Shown here one piece after another: positions 9,743 to 20,200 of a DNA stretch of 64,000 bases. Position numbers and translations under genes: made by a program. The DNA comes from Nitrosopumilus sp. (GTDB lineage Archaea; Thermoproteota; Nitrososphaeria; Nitrososphaerales; Nitrosopumilaceae), in the NCBI GenBank assembly GCA_965205675.1, contig OZ242186.1:1216001-1280000 (forward strand), given 5' to 3'. The notes beneath the pieces are model-generated. The model did not search any database. It had not been told where the DNA came from and worked only from the letters and a program-made list of their open reading frames with translations. Position 1 is the first letter of the stretch, and every line of letters begins with the position of its first letter.

Positions 9743-11044
9743 CTATCCGATGATTTTTGATAATTTTTTTAAAATATTTTTTGGTGTGTGTCCAAAAAAT
9801 ATGATCATGGGCTCTTTTCCAAAATCTCCTTTATGAAAAATTACATCTGGTGATCTTTTTGAATTCTTAATTGCATTTTTAATTCCCCATTCTACTGTTG
9901 ATCCTTTATTTTTAATATTTTTTGGTTCTTGTGTCCTATCATAACTAGAGATTACCATTTTTGATTTTTTGATTTTTAAAATTGTTGAATTTTCATATTT
10001 TAAATTTATTGCAGAATGAATCTCTGGAAATTTTTTGTTTACTATCAGTAATGCGGTTCCAACATGTTTTGAACCTCCATATGATAAGTTACCTGCAACT
10101 ACAACTTTTTCTCCCGTTTTCACTATTCTTCCAGAAATTCCTAAAATATCTTTTGTTGATTTTGGTTTTTCTTTAGCATAAACAAAATTTGTTTGACATT
10201 CTGGAATATTTTTATAAATATTTTTAATTTCCACAAATTCCTCAATTGCTTGAGATAATTCTAAATTGATTTCATCATCGTTTTGAATATCAGTCATTCT
10301 GATTCCTTTTCCTATTTTTTTTGCATTTTTAATTGAATTATAAGTAAATTTTTTTGAAAATTTTACTGATTCTTGTATTGTTTTTTTGTTTGAAACAGCA
10401 TATGCCATCGCTGCTGAATAATTACATCCACTCCCATGATTTACATTTGCAATTTTATCTCCTGAAATAGTGTATTCTGTATTCTTCTCTAGAACATAGT
10501 CTGCTATTCTATTCTTTTTCTCTGTTATCCCTGTTATTACTACGTTTTTTGCTCCCATTTTTTGAATAATCTTTGCAATTTTTTTAATAGAACTCTTTGA
10601 ATTTACCTTTGTTTCTGACAGTGTTTCTGCTTCAAATCTATTTGGTGTAATGACTGTTGCAAGCGGTATCACATATTTTTGAAAATCCTTAATTGCAGAT
10701 TCTTCTATCAATGCTCCCCCAGTAGTTGATTTAATTACAGGATCTACCACTATTGGTATCTTTAAATTTTTTAATTGCAGATGGATTGTTTTAATTATTT
10801 CTGAGTTATACACCATTCCAATTTTTATTCCATCAATTCTAAAATCAGTTAATATAGAATCTAATTGATTTGTTAGAATTTCTCTTGATACAGGCTCCAC
10901 CATTCCAAAATTTGATGTATTTTGTCCTGTGATTGCAGTAATTACTGTCAAACCATGGACATTAAAATTTGAAAATACTTTGATATCATTTTGAATTCCT
11001 GCTCCGGATGACGGATCAGACCCTCCGATGGAAAGTAAGTTCAT
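9743..11044 (-). CDS. thiDN: HMP(-P) kinase / thiamine-phosphate synthase ThiDN fusion
   Basis: GSDPSSGAGIQ, HGSGC; C-terminal ThiN domain (GGSKHV, GKEPM). Confidence 0.9.
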   Translation of the reverse strand: MNLLSIGGSDPSSGAGIQNDIKVFSNFNVHGLTVITAITGQNTSNFGMVEPVSREILTNQLDSILTDFRIDGIKIGMVYNSEIIKTIHLQLKNLKIPIVVDPVIKSTTGGALIEESAIKDFQKYVIPLATVITPNRFEAETLSETKVNSKSSIKKIAKIIQKMGAKNVVITGITEKKNRIADYVLEKNTEYTISGDKIANVNHGSGCNYSAAMAYAVSNKKTIQESVKFSKKFTYNSIKNAKKIGKGIRMTDIQNDDEINLELSQAIEEFVEIKNIYKNIPECQTNFVYAKEKPKSTKDILGISGRIVKTGEKVVVAGNLSYGGSKHVGTALLIVNKKFPEIHSAINLKYENSTILKIKKSKMVISSYDRTQEPKNIKNKGSTVEWGIKNAIKNSKRSPDVIFHKGDFGKEPMIIFFGHTPKNILKKLSKIIG

Positions 11045-11123
11045 TGCGTTTTCTTATTTCTCTGTACTAATCTGTTTTTCTTTTTTCAGTTAAAGTTTGT
11101 AACATCTATTTTATACTTGAACT

Positions 11124-11330
11124 ATGTGCTTAATGTTGATGGTAAAAATCCGCATGGTTAATGATTCTTCTCTAGAAATGCTCCGATGCACTACTTGCTT
11201 GTTGCCAATGCAATATCAGAGTATTAAGGAGGACAAATTTTTATGGCAATGTTTCAAATGTGGAAAACAATATTTAATTTCTAAGAATATAGAGGATAGC
11301 ATAGAAGAAAGTTGGAGTCCTCCACGATAA
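11124..11330 (+). CDS. Small zinc-ribbon protein
   Basis: CTTC...CFKCG. Confidence 0.5.
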   Translation: MCLMLMVKIRMVNDSSLEMLRCTTCLLPMQYQSIKEDKFLWQCFKCGKQYLISKNIEDSIEESWSPPR

Positions 11331-11554
11331 TGGATACTATGTTAGATTCTATCAAATCTGAAAACCTAGCACTCAGAGATTACATATCTCTTGTTTCTGC
11401 TGAACTTGAGTTATCTCAACGTCTATATGAAATCAAACAAAACTTTGCAAATTCTCCTTATTCTGAACGTCTAACTGTGCCTATTTTGGATAGAATTTCT
11501 AGAATAAAGTCAGAAAAACAAGTTTTAGAAATTAAACTAAGATTATCTGAATAA
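11312..11554 (+). CDS. Small helical hypothetical protein
   Basis: 80-aa ORF, likely start at the internal MDTML. Confidence 0.6.
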   Translation: MESSTIMDTMLDSIKSENLALRDYISLVSAELELSQRLYEIKQNFANSPYSERLTVPILDRISRIKSEKQVLEIKLRLSE

Positions 11555-11652
11555 TTATGCACTGATGTTTGAGTGACACAATGTACTTGGTCTGCAAACT
11601 CTCTCATCTTACCAAATTATCTAAATAATTATGCGGATGTTTGAGTGACACA
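11542..11652. repeat. Imperfect ~38-bp direct repeat pair
   Basis: ATTATCTGAATAATTATGCACTGATGTTTGAGTGACACA (11542-11580) vs ATTATCTAAATAATTATGCGGATGTTTGAGTGACACA (11616-11652). Confidence 0.8.
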
Positions 11653-11825
11653 GTCAAAAGAACAAAATTCATCTTTCATACTGTAGAATTCCCTACCACA
11701 ATGTTTGCATTCTCTAATTGTTCTCATATCATCTTATAGTCATCATACCATAAAAGATCGATCATTTTTCTTAATATAGTGCTAAAATATTTTCATACGA
11801 TCAGATTTTTTTATCATTTTTACTA

Positions 11826-13187
11826 TTGTTTAAATCAGGCAAGAACATAGATTACGTTATGGCAACGCAAATGACTTCTGCTCGACGCGGTGTTGCAACT
11901 GATGAAATGAACCAAGTAGCAAAAGATGAAGGTGTTTCATTAAATTGGTTAATTCCTAAAATTGCGAAAGGCTCAATAATTATTCCAAGTAATAATGTAC
12001 GACCTCAAAAAATTCACAATGTTGGAATTGGTAAAGGTTTGAAAACCAAAGTCAATGTCAACATTGGAACTTCTACATTAAATGTAAACGTTGATGAAGA
12101 AGTCAAAAAAGCAAAAGTTGCAGTAAAATACCATGCAGATACGCTGATGGATCTTAGTGACGGTGGAGATGTTAAAAAAATACGTCAGACTCTTTTAGAT
12201 ACTGCACCTATTACTTTTGGAACTGTTCCTATTTACGAAGCTTACAATTATGGTGTAGAAGTTCACAAAAACCCTTTGAATTTAACTGAAGATGACTATC
12301 TTAATGCGTTTGAAAATAATGCAAAAGATGGTGTTGATTATACTACAATTCATTGTGGCATTACTAAAGATATTGCAAAAAGGATTCTTAAAGTACAGCG
12401 ATATGGAGGCGTAGTCAGCAAAGGTGGTACAATTACTGCTGCATGGATGTTAAAACACGATAAAGAAAATCCTTATCTGACTCATTATGATTATTTGATG
12501 GAAATTGCAAAAAAATATGATGTCACATTTAGTCTAGGAGATGCTTTAAGACCAGGCTCAATTCTGGATTCTCATGATGAATTGCAAGTTCAAGAAATGA
12601 TAAATATTTCACAGTTAACAAAACGTGCTCATGAACATGATATTCAAGTAATGGTGGAAGGGCCAGGCCATGTTCCGTTAAATGAAGTTGCTGCAAATGT
12701 TCGACTTGCAAAATCTCTAATTGGCGATGTTCCATACTATGTCCTAGGCCCGTTAGTTACAGATATTGCATCTGGACACGATCATATTGCCAGTGCTATT
12801 GGTGCGGCTGTTTCTGCAAGTGAAGGCGTAGATCTTTTATGTTATCTCACCCCATCTGAACATTTGGCATTGCCTAATGCTGCAGAAGTTAAATCAGGAT
12901 TGATAGCATATAGAATTGCAGCTCATGCCGGAGATCTTGTAAAAATGCGTGAGAAGGCCATCAAATGGGATATGGAGATGACTGAAGCTAGGCGCACCTT
13001 GGATTGGGAGAAACAACTTGCATTATCTATTGATCCAGAAGAAGCTGCAAAAATTCACAGTCGAACGGGTCAACATCCTGGCAATAACGTACCATGTACA
13101 ATGTGTGGTGGTGCATGTGTGTACATGATGTTGCCTCAACAAAAGAAATATGAAAAAGAGAACGAAAATTTACAACAAATTGAATAG
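11826..13187 (+). CDS. thiC: Phosphomethylpyrimidine synthase (start probably ATG 11859)
   Basis: KVNVNIGTS, GDALRPG, EGPGHVP, CTMCG..C. Confidence 0.97.
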   Translation: MFKSGKNIDYVMATQMTSARRGVATDEMNQVAKDEGVSLNWLIPKIAKGSIIIPSNNVRPQKIHNVGIGKGLKTKVNVNIGTSTLNVNVDEEVKKAKVAVKYHADTLMDLSDGGDVKKIRQTLLDTAPITFGTVPIYEAYNYGVEVHKNPLNLTEDDYLNAFENNAKDGVDYTTIHCGITKDIAKRILKVQRYGGVVSKGGTITAAWMLKHDKENPYLTHYDYLMEIAKKYDVTFSLGDALRPGSILDSHDELQVQEMINISQLTKRAHEHDIQVMVEGPGHVPLNEVAANVRLAKSLIGDVPYYVLGPLVTDIASGHDHIASAIGAAVSASEGVDLLCYLTPSEHLALPNAAEVKSGLIAYRIAAHAGDLVKMREKAIKWDMEMTEARRTLDWEKQLALSIDPEEAAKIHSRTGQHPGNNVPCTMCGGACVYMMLPQQKKYEKENENLQQIE

Positions 13188-13574
13188 AACTTTTTGAAGA
13201 TGGGGTACTGTCTCATATTTTTCTAATTCATCAATGTTTATCCATTTGAATTCAGAATGCTCCCAATTTAATTTGATCATGAGGCTTTTTGATTCAAATA
13301 GGAATGGAAATATTTCCCACTCGTGATTTTTGTATTGAGGTGAACTAACTCGCATTTTTTCAGTAGTTTTGATTAATAGGATTTTATCTTTTGTAATTCC
13401 AACTTCTTCAAAAATCTCGATTTTTGCTCTTGTAAGGGGATCTTCGTTGTTTTCAATAATTCCGCTTATTCCTGCCCATAACCCTTTCATTGATTTTACT
13501 TTGTCGCTTCTTTTTAGAATTAATAATTTATCATTATCTCTGATGAATGATGTAACGATCTTTGTAGAGTGCAT
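13170..13574 (-). CDS. NUDIX hydrolase
   Basis: G.IE..E.....A..EIFEEVG Nudix box. Confidence 0.85.
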   Translation of the reverse strand: MHSTKIVTSFIRDNDKLLILKRSDKVKSMKGLWAGISGIIENNEDPLTRAKIEIFEEVGITKDKILLIKTTEKMRVSSPQYKNHEWEIFPFLFESKSLMIKLNWEHSEFKWINIDELEKYETVPHLQKVLFNLL

Positions 13575-13579
13575 GCCGA

Positions 13580-14431
13580 CTATTTTTCAACTGCTTTTAC
13601 CATTTTTGTTAGTTTTTTGTATGATTCGTTGATATCTGTATGTGTTCCTAGTCTTTCTTGACATTCTTTGATGTATTTCACTACTTCTTCTGTCTTTGAT
13701 TCTTGAACAGATGTTAGTAATCTGCCGATATCCTTCCAAAGTTCTTCAGCTACTCTACGAATTTCAGGATTTGCAATAATAGTTTCAATTAGCTCCGGCG
13801 ACTCAGTCATGATACTTTCTGCTAATGTTTTTTGAACTCTAAATGTTGTACCTGACATTTTTTCTGTAAGATTCATTTTTTCATCTTTTGAGATAATATT
13901 TGCAAATACTAAATTCATTAAATGTGTCAATCCTAAAATCACTGCAATTTTTTTATCATGTTCTGTTGCATCTATTGTAACAAAGTTAGCTCCTGCAAAT
14001 AGTGTTTTTGCAACAGTTAATTCTTTTTTAGCATCTTTAATGGGAACTGAGATAATATTTTGGCCTTTGATTGTTTTAATCCCTGGACCAAACATTGGAT
14101 GTATACAGATTGGATTAATTTTTGTTGGCATTTTTGATAATGATGAAACTACTTTGGATTTTTCAGATGAAATTTCAATAAGATATGTTCCTCGTTTCAT
14201 TTCTTTTGCTATCAGTCTAATTATTTCTGGTGTTCTTCTTGTAGGTGTACAAAGAACTACATAATCTGCTTTTAGAATTCCTCCAACCAAAGACTCTGAT
14301 ATTATGATGTCTTTTCCAGATATTTTATTTTCTGAATCATATCCTGTTACTTCAAATCTTTCACTCAAAAAATATTTTGCAAACCACTGTCCCATTTGTC
14401 CTCCGGCACCAATTACTGTGATCTTCTTCAT
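13580..14431 (-). CDS. tyrA: Prephenate dehydrogenase
   Basis: GAGGQMG Rossmann motif, HPMFGP, EHD. Confidence 0.9.
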   Translation of the reverse strand: MKKITVIGAGGQMGQWFAKYFLSERFEVTGYDSENKISGKDIIISESLVGGILKADYVVLCTPTRRTPEIIRLIAKEMKRGTYLIEISSEKSKVVSSLSKMPTKINPICIHPMFGPGIKTIKGQNIISVPIKDAKKELTVAKTLFAGANFVTIDATEHDKKIAVILGLTHLMNLVFANIISKDEKMNLTEKMSGTTFRVQKTLAESIMTESPELIETIIANPEIRRVAEELWKDIGRLLTSVQESKTEEVVKYIKECQERLGTHTDINESYKKLTKMVKAVEK

Positions 14432-15840
14432 TGATTATCCCTCACCATGTTGTTTAGTATATCCATTCCTTCCATCAATGTTTCCTCATTTTGACATGCA
14501 GAAAGTCTGATGAAATTCTTATAATCTCCAAATCCCTCCCCCGGAGCTACTGCTAGTCCTTTCTCTAGTGTGCTGTTAGCAAATTGCACCCCGTCAAAGC
14601 CTTTTTGATTTATTCGTGCAAAAAGATACATCGCACCATCAGGGATGACAAAATCTAATCCCATCTGTTTTGCTTTATCTGCCAATACATCTAGTCTATT
14701 TTGTACTGTATTAGTATTATTGGATATATCTGCCTCAAGAGCTTTCATGGCTATGTATTGGATTGGTTCTGAGACATTTGTAAGGCACAGTGCTTCTAAT
14801 TTTGCCATTTTTTCGATTATTTTTGTATCTGCAATACCGTACCCTATTCGAAATCCTGTCATTGCGTGTGATTTTGAAAAAGATTGTGCGATAATACTTT
14901 TTTCATAATTATAACTAAGAATACTTTTCCAAGTCTTCTTTGCATATTGTGAATATATCTCATCACTTAACACATACAAGTCATTTTCTTTTGCAATATC
15001 CATAATACTATCTTGTAATTTTTCATCTAGAATTTTACCTGTAGGGTTATTTGGATAGTTTAAAACAATCATTTTTGTATTTGTGTTAATTATGTTTTTA
15101 ATTTGTTCTAATGATGGTTCCCATTTATTCTCAAATGTAGTACTAATGGTTCTTACTTTGATTCCGGAATTTAATGCACAATCTTTGTATGCTGGCCATG
15201 CTGGTTCTATTACAATCATTTCGTCGCCTGGATTTAACAAAGTTGTAATTGAAGTGAAGATCAAGAATCGGGCACCTGGACTTACAATAATATTATCTTG
15301 TTGAACATTAACATTAAAAATTTTTGATGCAGATTTTGCTAATGCTTCTTTGAATATCGGCATTCCTCTTGCTTGACCATATTTGAAAAATCCTTTATCA
15401 AACACGTTTTCTAATGCATCTTTTACAATTTTTGGCGGTAAGAAATCGGGTTCTCCCACCTCCATGTGGATGATTTTTTTTCCTTGTTCTTCAAGTGATT
15501 TTGCCTTTAAAAAAATTGAAAGATGCGTCTGTTTATTGGCAGATTGTATTTTTATTGATTCATTTAAAAGAAAATTCAAAAATTTTGTAGCAATTGTTTC
15601 ATCTAGTTTGATATCTTTACACAATGAAATTATTTTTCCACGTAAATTATTTTCTCTTGCTTCATCTGTTATTACTTTTCCAATATTTTTTTTAACTTCT
15701 CCAATTTCTGTGGCAATTTCTGTTCGTGTTTTTAATAATTCTATCATTTTTAGAGTAACTTCATCCATTCTGTTTTGTAGATCATCGATATCAGACATTT
15801 TCTTACAAAACTGGTTTGATTGCCCCTGAAATGAGTGCAT
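14428..15840 (-). CDS. Chorismate mutase-aminotransferase fusion (start probably at MSDIDD)
   Basis: N-terminal AroQ-like domain; class I PLP motifs NYPNNPTG, DEIY, SFSK..AMTGFRIG. Confidence 0.85.
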   Translation of the reverse strand: MHSFQGQSNQFCKKMSDIDDLQNRMDEVTLKMIELLKTRTEIATEIGEVKKNIGKVITDEARENNLRGKIISLCKDIKLDETIATKFLNFLLNESIKIQSANKQTHLSIFLKAKSLEEQGKKIIHMEVGEPDFLPPKIVKDALENVFDKGFFKYGQARGMPIFKEALAKSASKIFNVNVQQDNIIVSPGARFLIFTSITTLLNPGDEMIVIEPAWPAYKDCALNSGIKVRTISTTFENKWEPSLEQIKNIINTNTKMIVLNYPNNPTGKILDEKLQDSIMDIAKENDLYVLSDEIYSQYAKKTWKSILSYNYEKSIIAQSFSKSHAMTGFRIGYGIADTKIIEKMAKLEALCLTNVSEPIQYIAMKALEADISNNTNTVQNRLDVLADKAKQMGLDFVIPDGAMYLFARINQKGFDGVQFANSTLEKGLAVAPGEGFGDYKNFIRLSACQNEETLMEGMDILNNMVRDNQ

Positions 15841-16897
15841 GATCTGCTATCGTCAATGCAACCAACGAGTCTACTACTGGCGGAGCTCTTGGTACTACGC
15901 ATGGGTCATGCCTACCTTTGACTTGTAGAATTGTTTCTTTTTTTGTTTTAATATCTACGGTCTTTTGCTTTTGAGCAATAGATGATGCAGGCTTGAAAGC
16001 AATTCTTATAGTAATTGGCATTCCATTGGAGACACCTCCTAAAATTCCTCCTGATCTATTTGTTTCTGTGACAATTTTCCCTTTCTTTATTGTATACAAG
16101 TCATTATTTTCTGAACCATATAATTCGGAACCATGAAATCCCGAACCAAACTCAATTCCTTTAACTGATGGAATTGAAAAGATTGCTTTACTTAAATCTG
16201 ATTCTAATGAACTAAAAATTGGCTCTCCTAATCCTACTGGAACCTTGGTTGTGATTGATTCAATTATTCCTCCAAGAGAATCTCCTTTTTTTCTCGCATC
16301 CAAAATACTATCTCTCATAATTTTTGCGGTTTTAGTTTCTGGACATCGTACATCATTTTTGTAAATTGAATCGATCATTTTTGTATTAAATTTTCTCTCC
16401 ATCTTTATTTTTCCAATTTGTGATGTAAATGAATTAGTTTCAATACCTAATGTTACTTTGAGTAATTTTCTTGCAATAGCTCCACCCATAACATGTGTTG
16501 CAGTCAGTCTCCCTGAGAATCTCCCTCCTCCTCTATGATCATTATAGTGATTGTATTTTATCATTGCTGTATAATCTGAATGACCAGGTCTCAATTTCGT
16601 TTTCAAATTTTCATAATCTTTTGATTTTTGATCATTGTTCCAAATTATCATTGTAATTGGAGCTCCTGTGGTGTATCCTCTAAAAGTCCCCGAGATGATT
16701 TCAACAACATCTCCTTCTTTTCGTTGAGTTGTAATCTGATTTTGACCAGGTTTTCTGAGATTCAACATCTTTTGAATTTCTTTTTCATCAATTTCTAATC
16801 CTGCAGGACATCCATCTAAAACGGCTCCGATAGATTTTCCATGACTTTCACCAAAACTTGTTAAAACAAGACGTTGGCCAATAGAACTTCCAGACAA
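15803..16897 (-). CDS. aroC: Chorismate synthase
   Basis: FGESHG, RPGHSD, GGGRFS, GRHDPC. Confidence 0.97.
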   Translation of the reverse strand: MSGSSIGQRLVLTSFGESHGKSIGAVLDGCPAGLEIDEKEIQKMLNLRKPGQNQITTQRKEGDVVEIISGTFRGYTTGAPITMIIWNNDQKSKDYENLKTKLRPGHSDYTAMIKYNHYNDHRGGGRFSGRLTATHVMGGAIARKLLKVTLGIETNSFTSQIGKIKMERKFNTKMIDSIYKNDVRCPETKTAKIMRDSILDARKKGDSLGGIIESITTKVPVGLGEPIFSSLESDLSKAIFSIPSVKGIEFGSGFHGSELYGSENNDLYTIKKGKIVTETNRSGGILGGVSNGMPITIRIAFKPASSIAQKQKTVDIKTKKETILQVKGRHDPCVVPRAPPVVDSLVALTIADHALISGAIKPVL

Positions 16898-17211
16898 TAT
16901 ACTCTCAAAGTTAATTGATGTTTATAATTCCTCATTCTGAAATTTATTGAAATTTCTGTTTAATTGATTATGATCATATATCACACCTGTTTAAAAATTA
17001 TAATATTATCAAGTATATTATGAAATAATTATAATATATTCTTAAATATCGTAATAATATATACAAAATTATATAAATTATAAAGAATAACTTAGACAAC
17101 CCTGCAAAAAATATGTGTTATCTACGCTGAAATGTCGCAGGTGAGAAAGAATAGTTTTATTCTACTATCTAGTTCGCACCTTTTATCTCCGCTAGCAGTT
17201 TTTTTAAAATT

Positions 17212-18483
17212 CTATTGTTCTATTTTGATTCTTGCACCCATGCGGTTCATTTCTTCTATAAAGTTTGGATATGACACTTTAACTGATTCTGGATCTGATA
17301 CTGTACAATTACCAACATGCATACCTGCAATACAAAATGCCATAAATAATCTATGGTCTTCTTCTGATATCAAGTCTGCACCGGATATGTTTTCAGAAGG
17401 TTCTAAAATCATCCCATCTTCTTTTTCTTTAATTTTAATTCCAAGTTTTACCAATTCCCTTGAAATAATTGCAATTCTATCTGTTTCTTTTAATCTTGCA
17501 TGCTTTACGTTGAATATTTCAATTGGAGCAGATGAACATAATGCCAAGATTGCAAGAGGTGGAAGAAGATCTGGTGAATTGCTTAGATCGAATTTCCCCC
17601 CGTTTAGTTTTTCAGGGGTTTTAATTTTAATTTGTTCATCATCTATAATAATTTCAACTCCTAGTTGTTCCAAAATATCCATAAACACTTCGTCACTTTG
17701 AGGTAAATTGCCTATGCTTCCTTTTATCGTAATATCTTCTCCATTTAGAACTGTTGCAGAAAGAAGAAGAGCGAGACTTGAAAAATCAATTGGTACTATA
17801 AATTCGGATTTTTTGTATATTTGTGGTGAGATGTTGTATCGCTTGTATGGAATAAGTGTTTGAACTGTTACGCCAAACTTGCGCATTGTAGTAATTGTTG
17901 CATCGAGATATGGTTTTGAAACCATGTTTCCTTCTATTGTCAGATTGATTCCTTTTTCTGTTAAGGGTGCGCAAATTAATAATGCTGAAATGAATTGACT
18001 GGAAAAATTTCCTGGAATTTTTACATCCCCTCCAATAATATTCCCTTTGACTTTAATTGGCGGTTTCCCATCAGTTGAGTTACACTGTGCACCAATACTT
18101 GATAATGCATCTAAGAGTGGCTGCATGGGTCTTTTTTGTAAGCTTGAATCTCCTGTAAGTATAATTTCTTCAGAAAACAAGCTTGCAATTCCTGTTGCAA
18201 TTCTAATTGTGGTACCTGAGTTTGCGGTGTTGATTTCAGGTACTTTTGTACCTATTTTTACTGCATTTTTGACAATTATTGATGAATTCTCAACTTCAAT
18301 CTCTGCTCCAAACTTTCTACATGTTTTGATTGTAGCTTTTGTGTCTGCTGAAAGCAATACATTTTCAACTCTGCTATTTTTTCCTGCAAGTGATGCTAAA
18401 AAAATTGCTCTATGTGTATAGCTCTTATTTGGAGGACAAATTATTTGACCTGAAATTATTGATTTTTCAATTTTGCATTTCAT
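17212..18483 (-). CDS. aroA: EPSP synthase
   Basis: KSYTHRA, NSGTT, SSQFISA, RLKETDR, DHR. Confidence 0.95.
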   Translation of the reverse strand: MKCKIEKSIISGQIICPPNKSYTHRAIFLASLAGKNSRVENVLLSADTKATIKTCRKFGAEIEVENSSIIVKNAVKIGTKVPEINTANSGTTIRIATGIASLFSEEIILTGDSSLQKRPMQPLLDALSSIGAQCNSTDGKPPIKVKGNIIGGDVKIPGNFSSQFISALLICAPLTEKGINLTIEGNMVSKPYLDATITTMRKFGVTVQTLIPYKRYNISPQIYKKSEFIVPIDFSSLALLLSATVLNGEDITIKGSIGNLPQSDEVFMDILEQLGVEIIIDDEQIKIKTPEKLNGGKFDLSNSPDLLPPLAILALCSSAPIEIFNVKHARLKETDRIAIISRELVKLGIKIKEKEDGMILEPSENISGADLISEEDHRLFMAFCIAGMHVGNCTVSDPESVKVSYPNFIEEMNRMGARIKIEQ

Positions 18484-19330
18484 GAACTTTTGCCTTTTTG
18501 TTATTAATTTTTGAAATTATGATGCGTCCTTCCAATGGCAAGAATATTTTTTTGATTGCCGATTCATTTTCTTTTTTTGTCACTGCCACAATTGATGGGC
18601 CATTGCCTGAAACTGATGCCCCAAGTGATCCTTTTTCAATCAAATTTGGAATTATTTTAGAATCTGAATTTAAAATTGATGCAGTCGCTAGTCCGTTTAG
18701 TATCATTGCTTTCCAATAATCACCTTTTCTTGATAACTCCCATGCATTTTCAAATATCTGTGATAATATTTTGAGTTTTTTTAGATTTCCTCTTTTTCTA
18801 TTTTTTGGAATAAAGATGACTGCAATAAGATTAGATGGGCCTTTTTCAAATCGCATTCTTTTTTTCCTTGAATTATCTGTTACATTAAATCCTCCATAAT
18901 AACAAGAACATGCATCATCATATGCTCCTGTAATGCTAACTTTGGATTCAATTGAGGCATCTACTCCGGCCAGTAGGATTTGTTGATCTGTTAACTTAGG
19001 TTTGAATATCTTTGCACATGCAAGAGCAACTGCTGATGATATAGCACTTGAACTTTTTAATCCATACCCAGTGGGGATTTCAGAATCTAATGTAATTAAA
19101 ATTTTATTTTGTTCTAAATCCTTTTTTGAAATAATTTTCTCTACTGTTTTATTAATTAAACGGGAACTAAGACTTTTATTTTCAGATTGAATTGAGATTC
19201 CTTTTCCAGGATTTGTTTCTATTGTGGCCTCTACTTTTAATTCAATTCCTAATGTTGCTCCTTTTTGATTTGCAATTGCATTTACTAGTGATACTGCCCC
19301 ATGAACTGTGGCCTTTACTTTTGTCATCAA
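18467..19330 (-). CDS. aroK: Archaeal (GHMP) shikimate kinase
   Basis: P.GYGLKSSSA, TGAYDD. Confidence 0.92.
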   Translation of the reverse strand: MMTKVKATVHGAVSLVNAIANQKGATLGIELKVEATIETNPGKGISIQSENKSLSSRLINKTVEKIISKKDLEQNKILITLDSEIPTGYGLKSSSAISSAVALACAKIFKPKLTDQQILLAGVDASIESKVSITGAYDDACSCYYGGFNVTDNSRKKRMRFEKGPSNLIAVIFIPKNRKRGNLKKLKILSQIFENAWELSRKGDYWKAMILNGLATASILNSDSKIIPNLIEKGSLGASVSGNGPSIVAVTKKENESAIKKIFLPLEGRIIISKINNKKAKVHEMQN

Positions 19331-20166
19331 AATCCTCCTAACAGTGCTTTTTTCATGGCGTTATAAGGTGCTTCTACACCGTGCCAAATCTCAAAAGCTC
19401 TGATTGCTTGTCCCAATAGCATTTCATAGCCATAAATTATAATTGCTTTTTCTTCTTTTGCTTTTTTAATAAAATCTGTATTCATTGGCATATACACAAT
19501 GTCATAGACGACTGTTTTTTCATTAATTCCTTGTAGTGAAATCACACTAGATTCATTTTTGAGACCTACTGATGTAGCATTTACAATAATATCATAATTT
19601 TTTGCAGTGTCTTTAACGTCTTTTATTTTTATTGCATTTGCATCTAATTTAATTTTTGTTGCAAATTCTGAAAGCCAAGAGGCTTTTTCCAAAGTTCTAT
19701 TTGCAATGGTTATGCTTTTTACTTTTTCTTTTGCAAATCCCGCAACTATTGCTCTTGCAGCTCCTCCGGCTCCAATTAACAAAACTTTGGTTCCCGTAAT
19801 GTTTAATTCTTTTTTCTTAAATGGTTCTAAAAATCCATCCATGTCTGTATTATATCCTGTTAAAATCCCTTCCTTGTTTGAGACTGTGTTGACAGCTCCA
19901 ATCAAACTGCATGATTCATCAACCTTATTCAAATACTTCATCATCTCGATTTTATGTGGAATTGTGATGTTAAAACCACTTATCTTGATTTTTTTTAATC
20001 CTTCTATTCCTTCTTCTAATTCTCCTTTGGGAATTCGATATGCAATGTATGACGAATCTAAATCTAATTCTCTGAATGCTGCACTGTGAATATTTGGAGA
20101 TAGTGAATGATCAATAGGATCTCCAATTACTGCAAATGATTTGCCCATTTCTGTTTTCTTAAACAT
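19327..20166 (-). CDS. aroE: Shikimate dehydrogenase
   Basis: HSLSP, NITIPHK, GAVNT, NTD, GAGGAA. Confidence 0.95.
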   Translation of the reverse strand: MFKKTEMGKSFAVIGDPIDHSLSPNIHSAAFRELDLDSSYIAYRIPKGELEEGIEGLKKIKISGFNITIPHKIEMMKYLNKVDESCSLIGAVNTVSNKEGILTGYNTDMDGFLEPFKKKELNITGTKVLLIGAGGAARAIVAGFAKEKVKSITIANRTLEKASWLSEFATKIKLDANAIKIKDVKDTAKNYDIIVNATSVGLKNESSVISLQGINEKTVVYDIVYMPMNTDFIKKAKEEKAIIIYGYEMLLGQAIRAFEIWHGVEAPYNAMKKALLGGF

Positions 20167-20200
20167 TGATGATTGATTTAAACTCTCAACTATTTTGTGG

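Noticed and set aside
11555-11858. TPP riboswitch upstream of thiC
   Set aside because: No CTGAGA / ACCTG..GGATAATGCC-type conserved core seen
17132-17701. 189-aa plus-strand ORF and similar antisense ORFs (15383, 19607, 36661, 51593 and others)
   Set aside because: Shadows of well-supported genes on the opposite strand, with no motifs of their own
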